Below are positions 55,328 to 64,000 of a DNA stretch of 64,000 bases, one piece after another. Position 1 is the first letter of the stretch; each line of letters opens with the position of its first letter. The notes under the pieces were generated by a model that saw only the letters and a program-made list of their open reading frames with translations, was not told the origin of the DNA and ran no database searches. The DNA is taken from NCBI GenBank assembly GCA_963666565.1, contig OY762911.1, forward strand, positions 4,512,001 through 4,576,000. The letters run 5' to 3'. A program made the translations under genes and the position numbers. Source of the DNA: Thermoanaerobaculia bacterium. Lineage in GTDB: Bacteria; Acidobacteriota; Thermoanaerobaculia; Multivoradales; Multivoraceae.

Positions 55328-56475
55328 TGCACTTCGCTCCACACTTCCGACGCCAGTTCCCGCACGGGCCGGACGGCGCCGCCGTCGATCCACTCGACCA
55401 GGCGGCGCGTCACGTCGGGGTAGTTCATCGGCGCCGGCTCGGGACCGTCGATCCAGGACTCGATCCTCTCCCGGACGAGACGGTCGACGACCGTCGCCAG
55501 GCCAAGGCTCCGGAGCGCGCGACCGTTCAGGAACTGCTCCGGGTGGCGGCCGATGGGCCGCACCAGCAGACGGCGTCCGAGATGAAGCGCCTCGCTGACC
55601 AGGGAGAAGCCGGCGTGCGTGACCACGCCGCGCGAGGCGACGAGATCGGCGACGAACGCGGCCCGGTCGTACGGGCGGATCGAGACGTTGCCGTGCTCGA
55701 CCGGTTCCGGCACCGGCCGGTAGACGACGAACCGGCAACGACTTACCGAGGTCAGCAACTCCAGGACGCTTTCCTCGCTCTCCGCCGGCAGGTAGACGAG
55801 AATCGGCGGGTCGTCCTTCGCGAATCTCCTCGCCCGGGAGCTTCTCGCCGGTCGCCCTCGTCGATCGCGAGCGCGAAAATGCCGCTCCGGCGGTGCGCCG
55901 TCGACCGGGCCGGCCGCAGCGACCCGGGCCGCTTCCGCCGCCGCGACCAGGTCGGGGCTGATCGTCGGCGGCAGGCTGGCGCCGCCGAACCGATGCCAGT
56001 GCAAACCGACGGCCAGCCGCACCGGCGTGTAGACGAACCCCGCCCGGCCCAGCAGCAGCCGAGCCGGCTCGGTCCAGCCGGGCAGCCGCAGCCGGCGCTG
56101 GAAGGCGTAGAGGTGGCCGACGCCGACGCTCGGAAGGCGCCAGCGGCGCGCGATCCAGGCCGAGACCGGTTCGTAGTCGGTCAACACGAGGTCGAAACCC
56201 GACGCGTCGAAACCGCGAACGTCGCGGAAGAAACGCGCCAGGCGCAGGTCGCTCACGGTCCGCAGCAACCGCACGCGGCCGCCGGCGGCGGCGCCGGTGA
56301 AGCCGGCAAGAAGCGTGTGGCTGGCCTGGATCGCGGGATCGGCGAACGCCGCCGAATCGCGACCGGTAAGCAGGCAGTGGACGTCGTGCCCGAGCCCGCG
56401 CAGCCCCTTCACCATGGCCGCCGACCGCACCAGGTGGCCGTGGCCGGTTCCCTGAACTCCGTAGAGGATCCTCAT
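55312..56475 (-). CDS. MJ1255/VC2487-family glycosyltransferase
   Basis: MRILYGVQGTGHGHLVRS, TDYEP, AGFSLVSEAL and EQFLN motifs. Confidence 0.88.
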   Translation of the reverse strand: MRILYGVQGTGHGHLVRSAAMVKGLRGLGHDVHCLLTGRDSAAFADPAIQASHTLLAGFTGAAAGGRVRLLRTVSDLRLARFFRDVRGFDASGFDLVLTDYEPVSAWIARRWRLPSVGVGHLYAFQRRLRLPGWTEPARLLLGRAGFVYTPVRLAVGLHWHRFGGASLPPTISPDLVAAAEAARVAAAGPVDGAPPERHFRARDRRGRPARSSRARRFAKDDPPILVYLPAESEESVLELLTSVSRCRFVVYRPVPEPVEHGNVSIRPYDRAAFVADLVASRGVVTHAGFSLVSEALHLGRRLLVRPIGRHPEQFLNGRALRSLGLATVVDRLVRERIESWIDGPEPAPMNYPDVTRRLVEWIDGGAVRPVRELASEVWSEVQWQPA

Positions 56476-56568
56476 GCCGAGCTGGCAGTTCGCGCTCCAT
56501 CCGCGCGGCGCGGAGTTGCATGGCACCGGCCGCCAAGCGGAGCCGGCCTTGCGGCCGGCCGATCTCCT

Positions 56569-56608
56569 GGCCGCCTTCGGCGGCAGCGGGTCGGAAGACC
56601 CGCGCACC
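56569..56608 (-). repeat. REP-like element (long form 56539-56613)
   Basis: Matches the consensus. Confidence 0.85.
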
Positions 56609-56795
56609 GACACGCGGCCGGTTCCATGCAACTCCGCGGCGGAACGTAGCACCCGCCCGCTTGCCGTCGCAAGCCGGAAAGCCGCCGGCAGCCGGCTGGT
56701 AGACTGCCCTTCTCCGTTTCCTTGCGGGTTCTCCCCGGTTCGCGCGCGAAAGCGCGGTCCGATCCCGGCGCCCGCAAGCGGCAGGGGGTGACATC

Positions 56796-58121
56796 ACGCG
56801 CGTTCTCATCGCAGGCATCGACGGCTACCTCGGCTGGCCGTTGGCCCAGTACCTGACCGCCCGCGGCCACGAGGTTTCCGGCATCGATGCCGGCTTCCGC
56901 CGCGAGTGGGTCGCCGAGATGGGCGGCCGTTCCGCCTTGCCGGTCGCCTCCGTCGAGGCCCGCCTCGACGCCTTCGAGTCCGCCTACGGCCGGCGTCCAC
57001 ACCTCGTTCAGGGCGACCTGACCGACAAGGACACGGTGCACCGGCTGTTCGAGGACGTCCGGCCAGAGGCGATCGTCCACCTCGGCGAATGCCCCTCGGC
57101 GCCCTACTCCATGATGGACGCCGACCACGCCATCTGGGTGCAGCGCAACAACATCGAGGGCACGATGAACGTGCTCTACGCGATGCGCGACCTGGCGCCG
57201 GAGTCGCACCTGGTCAAGCTGGGCACGATGGGCGAGTACGGCACGCCGAACCTCGACATCCCCGAGGGCTTCTTCGAGGTCGAGTACCGCGGCCGGCGCG
57301 ACCGCCTGCCCTTCCCCCGCCAGGCCGGCTCCTGGTACCACTGGAGCAAGGTCCACGACAGCAACAACGTCATGTTCGCGTGCCGCATCTTCGGGCTGCG
57401 GGCCACCGACGTCATGCAGGGCGTCGTCTACGGCACGCGCTTCATGGGCAGCGCGGCCGACCACCCCGCCGACCCCGCGCTCCACACCCGGCTCGACTTC
57501 GACCAGGCCTTCGGCACGGCGCTCAACCGCTTCTGCTGCCAGTCGACGATCGGCGAGCCGCTGACGCTGTTCGGCAAGGGCAACCAGCGCCGCGGCTTCC
57601 TGCCCATCTGCGACTCGATGCAGTGCCTGACCCTGGCGGTCGACAACCCGCCGGAAGCCGGCGACTACCGCGTGTTCAACCAGTTCGAGGAGACCTACAC
57701 GGTGTCCGAGCTGGCGGCGAAGGTCGCCGCGGTGGCCCGGCGTCTCGGCCTCGATCCCCGGATCCGGCGGATCGAGAACCCGCGCAAGGAACTCGAAGAG
57801 CACTACTACAACCCGGACCACGACCACCTGCTGGCGCTGGGCTACCGGCCGACCCGCGACATGGACTCGGAACTCAAGGCAATGCTCCAGGATCTGCTGC
57901 CCCACCACGACCGGATCGCGGCCAAGCGGGACGTGCTCCTGCCCGACATCCGCTGGGACGGCAGCCGCCGGAAGTCCGCCTTCCTGGACGCGGCGGCCCG
58001 CCTGGAGGGCGCGGCCGGCCTCGACGGATCGAAGGGTCCGCGGCCGGACGCCGCGGCCGCCGAACCGCCCCGGCCCGAGGCGGCCAACCGCCCCGATCGC
58101 CGGACGCCCGCTCCGCCCTGA
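56796..58121 (+). CDS. sqdB: UDP-sulfoquinovose synthase (SqdB / SQD1 / Agl3 family); predicted ACG start
   Basis: RVLIAGIDGYLGWP, SAPYSM, HLVKLGTMGEYGTP, YHWSKVHDS, FGTALNRFC, FNQFEE and NPRKELEEHYY motifs. Confidence 0.88.
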   Translation, partial: TRVLIAGIDGYLGWPLAQYLTARGHEVSGIDAGFRREWVAEMGGRSALPVASVEARLDAFESAYGRRPHLVQGDLTDKDTVHRLFEDVRPEAIVHLGECPSAPYSMMDADHAIWVQRNNIEGTMNVLYAMRDLAPESHLVKLGTMGEYGTPNLDIPEGFFEVEYRGRRDRLPFPRQAGSWYHWSKVHDSNNVMFACRIFGLRATDVMQGVVYGTRFMGSAADHPADPALHTRLDFDQAFGTALNRFCCQSTIGEPLTLFGKGNQRRGFLPICDSMQCLTLAVDNPPEAGDYRVFNQFEETYTVSELAAKVAAVARRLGLDPRIRRIENPRKELEEHYYNPDHDHLLALGYRPTRDMDSELKAMLQDLLPHHDRIAAKRDVLLPDIRWDGSRRKSAFLDAAARLEGAAGLDGSKGPRPDAAAAEPPRPEAANRPDRRTPAPP

Positions 58122-58139
58122 GGCCCGCGCCGCCGGCTG

Positions 58140-58904
58140 TCAGCCGACGAGCCGGAAGCGCGTGCCGCAGATCAGGATCAGGCCGTCGTCTCCCAGGCAG
58201 CCGCGGCCCTGCGCGGCCGAGCGGGCGCGGTCCGCGTCGACAGCCCGCAGGTCGAGGCCGCCCAGGCCCTCCGGCCGGCCGTCTTCCGGTAGCACGAAGC
58301 GAAGGTCGGCGTTCTCGAACCGGATCGTCGGCGTGCCGCCGGCGTCCTCAACCGGGAGCTCGGCGATCTCGCTCCAGCGGGCCGCGAGCCGGGCCGGGTC
58401 GGGCGTCTGGATCTCGGCCGCAACGATCGCGTCGACAACGTCGGTCCGGCGGCAGCGCTGCCAGTTCTCGCCCGCCGGTTCCCACGGTCCGTCGGGTTCC
58501 AGGCCGTTCGTCTGGCAGTCGATCTCGAAGAACGTGCCGCCGGTGTCCTTTGGGTGGAGCTGCATGTTCTGGAAGCCGTGGCGCTCGAACTGGTTGACCA
58601 GGCGAATGCCCAGTTCCTCGACCCGGCGGCGGCGCGGGCCGTGATCGTCGCACTGGGTGATGAACATGTAGCCGCCGTCGCCGCCGCGCTTCTGCAGGTA
58701 GCGGCCGCCGGCGGTGTTCTCCTCGACCGGGGCCACCACTTCCAGGAGCTGGTTGCCGATCGGCAGCAGAGCGTTCTCCAGACCGAAACGGCCGACGCCC
58801 GGATCGTTGTAGCAGACCTCGATGCCGAACACGGCCTCCAGGTCCGCCACCACCGGGGCGAGTTCTTCGGCTACCAGACAGATCTGCCTGAGGCGCAACC
58901 ACAT
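58140..58904 (-). CDS. VOC / glyoxalase-like protein
   Basis: LRLRQICLVA, FGLENAL, GGDGGYM and QLHPKDTGG motifs; AAGGAG SD. Confidence 0.8.
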   Translation of the reverse strand: MWLRLRQICLVAEELAPVVADLEAVFGIEVCYNDPGVGRFGLENALLPIGNQLLEVVAPVEENTAGGRYLQKRGGDGGYMFITQCDDHGPRRRRVEELGIRLVNQFERHGFQNMQLHPKDTGGTFFEIDCQTNGLEPDGPWEPAGENWQRCRRTDVVDAIVAAEIQTPDPARLAARWSEIAELPVEDAGGTPTIRFENADLRFVLPEDGRPEGLGGLDLRAVDADRARSAAQGRGCLGDDGLILICGTRFRLVG

Positions 58905-59060
58905 GACGAGTCTCCTTCGGGTGCTTCGATCGGGGACGGAGGCCGCATCATGGCACGATCCGGCGACCCGAGCGGCAACCGCGCCGGACTTCCGTGGCCG
59001 CGGGCCGGCTGCCCGCTTGCCCAAGCCTCCCGCGGCGGACCCCTCCGCGCCGTGCCGCGA

Positions 59061-60254
59061 CTACGCCTCGGGCCAGGAACCCCGGCCTTCGAGCAGGAAC
59101 GTCAGGTGCGGGTGGTAGAGCGCCGGCTCCAGCAGGAACGAGTCGTGCCCCTTGTCGGAGTGGACGATGATCCTCATGCAGCTCACTCCGGCCCGCTCCA
59201 GGGCGGCCATCAGTTCGCCCTGCTCTTCGGGGTAGTAGCAGACGTCCGAGTTGATCGAGAAGATGAGGAAACGCTGGTCCCGGCACCGCTCGAACGCCTG
59301 CTCCAACGACGCAACGCCGGCAGTGGCGGCGAGGTCGTACTGGCTCCAGGCGTCGAGGATCCGCAGGTAGGAGTTCGCGTCGAAACGCGAGGCGAACTTG
59401 CCGCCCTGGTGCCGCATGTAGGACTCGATCGGGTGGTTGACGCCGTACCACGGCACGCCGGACGCCTCCGCCACCGTGTTCCGCGCGCGCCGCCGCAGGG
59501 TCCGCAGCGAAACGAACGTCTTGTGGTTGATCTGCCGTGCGATCTTCATCCCCTCGAGCTCCGTGCCCGGCGGGTAGAGCCCGCCCTCGAAGCGAGGATC
59601 GTTGGCGATCGCCTGGATCTGCTCGAAGTTGTGGATCCGCTGGAGCGGCGTCACCTCCATGCCGGCGGCGATGACGACCACGTTGCGCACGCGCTCCGGG
59701 TACATGGCCGCCAGGTCGAGCACCGCCATGCCGCCGGTCGACGGGCCCACGCCCGCGTGCAGCGCGTCGATCCCGAGGCGGTCCGCCAGGCGCATCGCGG
59801 CCCTGACCGTGTCGGAGAAGCGGATCCGCGGAAAGGACGGACCCCAGGGCTCGCCGGTCGCCGGGTCGGTCGAGAGCGGCCCGGTCGAGCCGTAGCAACC
59901 GCCGATGTAGTTCACGCAGATGACGCAGAAGAGGTCCGTGTCGAGCGCCCGGCCCGAGCCGATGAACTCGTGCCACCAGCCCAGTTTCATCTCGTCCGTC
60001 CAGGCGCAGGCCAAGCCCGGCACGCCGTGGTTCGTGCCCGCCGCGTGGTGGCTGCCCGTCAGCGCGTGGAACAGCAGCACCGCGTTGTCCCGCGCGGCGT
60101 TCAGTTCGCCGTACTGCTCCCAGGCCAGGGTGTACTCGGACAGGGTGTCGCCGCAGGCCAGTTCGAGCGGCTCGTCGAAGCGCTCGAACCGGGTCTCGAC
60201 GACGCCGATGCCCCGGCTGGCGTCCGTCGGCTGCAGATCGCGGGCGGTCTCCAC
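59061..60254 (-). CDS. metX: Homoserine O-acyltransferase (MetX family)
   Basis: HALTGS, GGCYGSTGP, GPSTGG nucleophile, FDANSY and GHDSFL motifs. Confidence 0.85.
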   Translation of the reverse strand: METARDLQPTDASRGIGVVETRFERFDEPLELACGDTLSEYTLAWEQYGELNAARDNAVLLFHALTGSHHAAGTNHGVPGLACAWTDEMKLGWWHEFIGSGRALDTDLFCVICVNYIGGCYGSTGPLSTDPATGEPWGPSFPRIRFSDTVRAAMRLADRLGIDALHAGVGPSTGGMAVLDLAAMYPERVRNVVVIAAGMEVTPLQRIHNFEQIQAIANDPRFEGGLYPPGTELEGMKIARQINHKTFVSLRTLRRRARNTVAEASGVPWYGVNHPIESYMRHQGGKFASRFDANSYLRILDAWSQYDLAATAGVASLEQAFERCRDQRFLIFSINSDVCYYPEEQGELMAALERAGVSCMRIIVHSDKGHDSFLLEPALYHPHLTFLLEGRGSWPEA

Positions 60255-60323
60255 GGGCCAACACTATGGGCTTGCGACGGAGAACGCTACGGAAGCGGCG
60301 CCCGACGGCCCCCAGCGAGAGGG

Positions 60324-61712
60324 TCAACCGGACCCTTGCGGCGCCGCCACGCCCCGCGGCGCCAGCGCCCAGTAGCGCCCCCGGTGCGCCATGCGGCCGG
60401 CGATCGACTTGGCGCGCTCGCCCGAGCCCCAGTAGACGTCGCCGCGCACCGAACCGCGAATCGCGCCACCCGTGTCCTGGGCGACCAGCAGCCACTGCCG
60501 GCGCTCGTCCGGCGCCTCCGGCTCCGCGGCCGGGACCATCGCGTCAAGCCAGACGGGCACGCCGAGCGGGATGTGCTGCCGGTCCACCGCCAGCGAGCGC
60601 TCCGTCGTCAACGGCACCCCCTGCGCCCCCACCGGCCCCTCGCCCCGGATCTCGCGGAAGAAGACGTAGGACGGGTTCGTCTCCATCACCTCGCCGGCGC
60701 GCTCCGGGTTCGCGCGCAACCAGGCGTCGATCGACTGGAGCGAAACCTCGGCCAGTTCCATCACGCCCAAGTCGATCAGGGTGCGGCCGATCGCGTGGTA
60801 GGAGTGGCCGTTCTGGGCCGCGTAGCCGACGCGCAGAACCGTCCCGTCGTCGAGCTCGATGCGGCCCGAACCCTGGATGTGGAGAAAGAACGCGTCGATG
60901 GCGTCGTCGACCCAGACGATCTCCAGCCCCCGGCCGGCGAGCGAACCGGCGGAGATCGCCTGCCGGTCGTCGTAGACGTCGAGGCTGCCGCCGCGCACGC
61001 GGCCGGCGACGCGGCGACCCCGCAGGTCGTCGCGGAAGCGGCCGAGATCGACCATGACGAGATCGGAGGGGTGGGTGTAGAGCGGCACGTCGTAGCGCTC
61101 GCTGCGGCGCCTGCTGCCGCGAAGATGCGGCTCGAAGTAGCCGGTGAACAGGCCGAGCCGCCCGAGCCAGCCGGAGGCGTCCCCGGGTCGGCCGCCGGCC
61201 TCGCCCGCGTCCGCCCGGGACACCGGTACCGCCACGAGTTCGCGTTCGACGAGCGCTCGCACGGAGGGGCTGTCGGCATCGACGACCATCCTGCGCGCCG
61301 CCCCGTCCTCGCCAGCCGGCGCAGCCAGATCGTCCAGCGCGTCGCAGAAGGGCCGCCAGTCGCCCAGCGTGCCGCCCAGCTCGACCGGCTTCAGCGGCCG
61401 GTCAGCGGGCTGCGCCAGCAATCGGCCGCAACTGCGCAGCATCGCCGGCAGCGCCTCCTCCACCCGGTCGCCGGCCCAGCCCGGCAACGAGGCGACCTCG
61501 ACCGGCGCGCCGTAAACCTCGACCGACGGCCCGTCGACCGCCGACGGCGCGTCGGGCGCAAGCCCCGCCGTCAACCAGCCGGCGACCCGCTCCGGGCCAA
61601 CGGCCAGCACCGTCGCTACGAGCGCCCAGCCGAAGAGCAGGAACCGGCCAGCCCTCGAACCCCGCCGCGACGCCGTTCCGGGAGATTCTCCTCGTGCCGT
61701 CCGCGGCGCCAT
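60324..61712 (-). CDS. mltA: Membrane-bound lytic murein transglycosylase A
   Basis: FTGYFEP, HIQGSG, NPSYVFF, SLAVD and QDTGGAIRG..RGDVYWG (3D domain). Confidence 0.92.
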   Translation of the reverse strand: MAPRTARGESPGTASRRGSRAGRFLLFGWALVATVLAVGPERVAGWLTAGLAPDAPSAVDGPSVEVYGAPVEVASLPGWAGDRVEEALPAMLRSCGRLLAQPADRPLKPVELGGTLGDWRPFCDALDDLAAPAGEDGAARRMVVDADSPSVRALVERELVAVPVSRADAGEAGGRPGDASGWLGRLGLFTGYFEPHLRGSRRRSERYDVPLYTHPSDLVMVDLGRFRDDLRGRRVAGRVRGGSLDVYDDRQAISAGSLAGRGLEIVWVDDAIDAFFLHIQGSGRIELDDGTVLRVGYAAQNGHSYHAIGRTLIDLGVMELAEVSLQSIDAWLRANPERAGEVMETNPSYVFFREIRGEGPVGAQGVPLTTERSLAVDRQHIPLGVPVWLDAMVPAAEPEAPDERRQWLLVAQDTGGAIRGSVRGDVYWGSGERAKSIAGRMAHRGRYWALAPRGVAAPQGSG

Positions 61713-61742
61713 GCCCTGCGGATCGTAGCAGCCAACCTCCCC

Positions 61743-61895
61743 GGTGCGCGGGTCTTCTGACCCGCCGCCGCCGAAGGCGGCCAGGAAACGCACCGGCCGC
61801 AGACCCGCGCCGCTCCACGGTGCGCGGGTCTTCCGACCCGCTGCCGCCGAAGGCGGCCAGGAAACACGCCGGCCGCAAGGTCGGCGCCGCTCCCC
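61743..61895 (+). repeat. Tandem pair of long-form REP elements (period about 76 nt)
   Basis: Copies start at 61743 and 61819. Confidence 0.85.
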
Positions 61896-61928
61896 GCCGG
61901 GACACCCGCACGGTTACGCTTCCCGGCG

Positions 61929-63134
61929 ATGACCGGACGTCCCCTCCGCTGGCTGTTCTTCTACGACTGCATCTACCCCGAGTCCCTCGGCGGCGTGGAA
62001 CACCGGAACCACGAACTCGCCCGCGAACTGGGCCGGCTCGGGCACGAGGTCGTCCTTTCGGGCTGGGCCGAGTCGCCGGCCGAGCCCCACCCCAACGTCC
62101 GCGTGGCGCCGGTGGCGAAGGCGAGCCGCCGCTACCGCGAGCGCGGACGGCGTTCCGGGATCGAAGCGTTGACCCTGGCATCCCAGGTGCGGCGGATACC
62201 GCTCGACGGCGTCGACATCGTCGAGACCGCGAACATCCCGTATCTGCACTTGCCGCTGCTGGCCCGCCGCTGCCGGCGGCGGCGCATCCCGCTGCTCGTC
62301 ACCTGGCACGAGCACTGGGGGCACTACTGGCGCGAGCACCGGCCGCCGGGGCGGTTCGACCCCGGCATGTGGCGGTTCTACGCTCTCTGCGAACGCCTCT
62401 CGCTGCGCTACGGCAGCCAGGCGGTGGCGGTCAGCAGGCTCACCGCCGATCGGGTCGCCGGCGTGCGCGGCGAAGCGGTCGACGTCGTCCCCAACGGCGT
62501 TCCCTTCCAACGGATCCGCGAACTCGCCGCCGAACCGGACCCCCAGGCGCCGCCGCTCGTCTACGCAGGCCGGTTGATCCCGGAGAAGCGCGTCGACCTG
62601 CTGATCGACGCCGTCGCCAGACTGGCGGCCACCGAGACCGGCCGCCGGCTGGTTGCCGAGCGGGGCGCCCTGGCGCGCATCGTCGGCGACGGTCCGGCGG
62701 CCCCCCGACTTCGCGCACTGACCGACGGCTGCGGCGTGGGCGGCGTCGTCGACTTCGCGGGTCGGCTACCCCGCAACGAGGACGTCTGGCGTGCCGTCGC
62801 CGGCGCCGACCTTGCGGTCCAACCCTCCGCGCGCGAGGGCTTCGGGCTCTTCCCGCTGGAGGCGATGGCCGCCGGCGTGCCGGTGGTCCACTGCCGCTCG
62901 CCGAACAGCGCCGTGTCCGAACTCGTCCGCGACGGCCGGGAGGGCTGGGCGGTGGACGCCGACGCGGGACAGCTCGCGCGCCTGCTGGAACGGCTGCTCG
63001 CCGCGCCGGCCGAACTCGCCGCCGCTTCGCGTGCCGCGGTAGAGCGCGCCGCCGGCTACGACTGGCGCCAAGTCGCCGACCGGGTGATCGAGACCGGAAC
63101 CGAGTTGCTGCGCCGCGAGCGGTCCGTGGACTGA
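61929..63134 (+). CDS. GT4 family glycosyltransferase
   Basis: GGVE, GRLIPEKR, IVGDGP and EGFGLFPLEAMAAGVPVV motifs. Confidence 0.9.
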   Translation: MTGRPLRWLFFYDCIYPESLGGVEHRNHELARELGRLGHEVVLSGWAESPAEPHPNVRVAPVAKASRRYRERGRRSGIEALTLASQVRRIPLDGVDIVETANIPYLHLPLLARRCRRRRIPLLVTWHEHWGHYWREHRPPGRFDPGMWRFYALCERLSLRYGSQAVAVSRLTADRVAGVRGEAVDVVPNGVPFQRIRELAAEPDPQAPPLVYAGRLIPEKRVDLLIDAVARLAATETGRRLVAERGALARIVGDGPAAPRLRALTDGCGVGGVVDFAGRLPRNEDVWRAVAGADLAVQPSAREGFGLFPLEAMAAGVPVVHCRSPNSAVSELVRDGREGWAVDADAGQLARLLERLLAAPAELAAASRAAVERAAGYDWRQVADRVIETGTELLRRERSVD

Positions 63135-63310
63135 AAGCAGCTTCACAGGATCCGGAACGCCACGATCCCGCGCTTCCGGGACACGGGTTGGCGCGGTTTC
63201 CCGCCTGCCGGCCGCATCGAAACGACGATCTCCGGCGCTTCGGATTCCTCGAAGCGGCCGGCCCTGGCCCGGGGCCCGGCCCGACGGGCTGCTGTAAGGT
63301 CTCCGCCGTC

Positions 63311-63703
63311 GTGGGAACCGTGCTGCAGGCCGAGATCTCGGCGGGCGAACTGATCGACAAGATCACGATCCTCGAGATCAAGGCCGAGCGGGTCGCCGAC
63401 CCGGACAAGCTCGCGAACGTCCACCGGGAACTGCGGAGCCTGGCCGCGACCCGCGAGGACGCGCTGACGACCTCGAAGGAACTCGACGACCTGACGGCCG
63501 AACTCCGCCGGATCAACGAACGTCTCTGGGAGATCGAAGACGACATCCGCGACTGCGAGCGGAACCGCGACTTCGGCGAGCGCTTCATCGAACTCGCGCG
63601 GGCCGTCTACCGGACGAACGACCGCCGCGCCGCCGCGAAGCGCAGCATCAACGAGCTGCTGGGCTCCGAACTCATCGAAGAGAAGGACTACGCCGCCTAC
63701 TGA
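63311..63703 (+). CDS. DUF6165-like protein
   Basis: ISAGELIDKITILEIK, LWEIEDDIR, ARAVYRTNDRRA and EEKDY motifs. Confidence 0.8.
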   Translation: MGTVLQAEISAGELIDKITILEIKAERVADPDKLANVHRELRSLAATREDALTTSKELDDLTAELRRINERLWEIEDDIRDCERNRDFGERFIELARAVYRTNDRRAAAKRSINELLGSELIEEKDYAAY

Positions 63704-63716
63704 CCGGCCGCCTCCT

Positions 63717-63764
63717 GGGTGCGCGGACCTCCGATCCGCTGGGTGCGCGGGTCTTCTGACCCGC
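63717..63764 (+). repeat. Two short REP-like hairpins
   Basis: GGGTGCGCGGGTCTTCTGACCCGC at 63741 and a degenerate copy at 63717. Confidence 0.7.
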
Positions 63765-63788
63765 ATCGAGCGGCCCGCGTCCTCTCCC

Positions 63789-64000
63789 CTACCAGACCCC
63801 CTCGTTCGGCATCGAAGCCCACGGCTCCTCGACCGGGAGGGCGCCGCCCGCCTGCAGCAACTCGATGGAAATCCCGTCCGGCGACCGGATGAACGCCATC
63901 CGCCCGTCCCGCGGCGGCCGGTTGATCACAACGCCCTGCTCCTGGAGCGAGCGACAGGTGCCGTAGATGTCGTCCACCTCGAACGCCAGGTGACCGAAGT
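63789..64000 (-). CDS. gloA: Lactoylglutathione lyase (glyoxalase I), C-terminal part; 5' end outside window
   Basis: [12 protein letters not shown] and [25 protein letters not shown] motifs. Confidence 0.85.
   Translation of the reverse strand, partial: FGHLAFEVDDIYGTCRSLQEQGVVINRPPRDGRMAFIRSPDGISIELLQAGGALPVEEPWASMPNEGVW

Noticed and set aside
1-64000. tRNA, rRNA or known riboswitch genes
   Set aside because: None recognised by eye; a covariance-model search would be needed to exclude them.

Overview
High-GC bacterial chromosomal window. The gene content (VWFA-like, PQQ-propeller, LLM-F420 and DUF1640-like proteins) suggests an Acidobacteriota-like, possibly marine or sponge-associated organism; this is an inference. 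Most of the window is housekeeping or metabolic: peptidases, tesB, a wax-ester/TAG synthase operon with a phasin-like gene, a selD-like fusion, a stand-alone rpsD, ogt/alkA, sqdB, metX, mltA, gloA and glycosyltransferases. The central accessory region (about 24.8-39.3 kb) holds a complete type I-G (I-U) CRISPR-Cas locus: csb1-csb2-cas3-short cas8g, a type I-C-like cas4-cas1-cas2 module and a 17-repeat array, with a divergent HigBA toxin-antitoxin pair. This region is bracketed and subdivided by three direct-repeat copies of a 0.42-0.5 kb cassette. Each copy has a promoter, a covarying hairpin leader that hides the Shine-Dalgarno, and a variable-length coiled-coil membrane protein gene that starts ATG in one copy and ACG in the other two. 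The window also has a dense REP/REPIN family, two ~180 bp palindromes with a conserved loop but different stems, a G-tract tandem repeat, two apparent pseudoenzymes and several genes lacking canonical start codons. All calls come from reading sequence and motifs by eye; no database searches were run.
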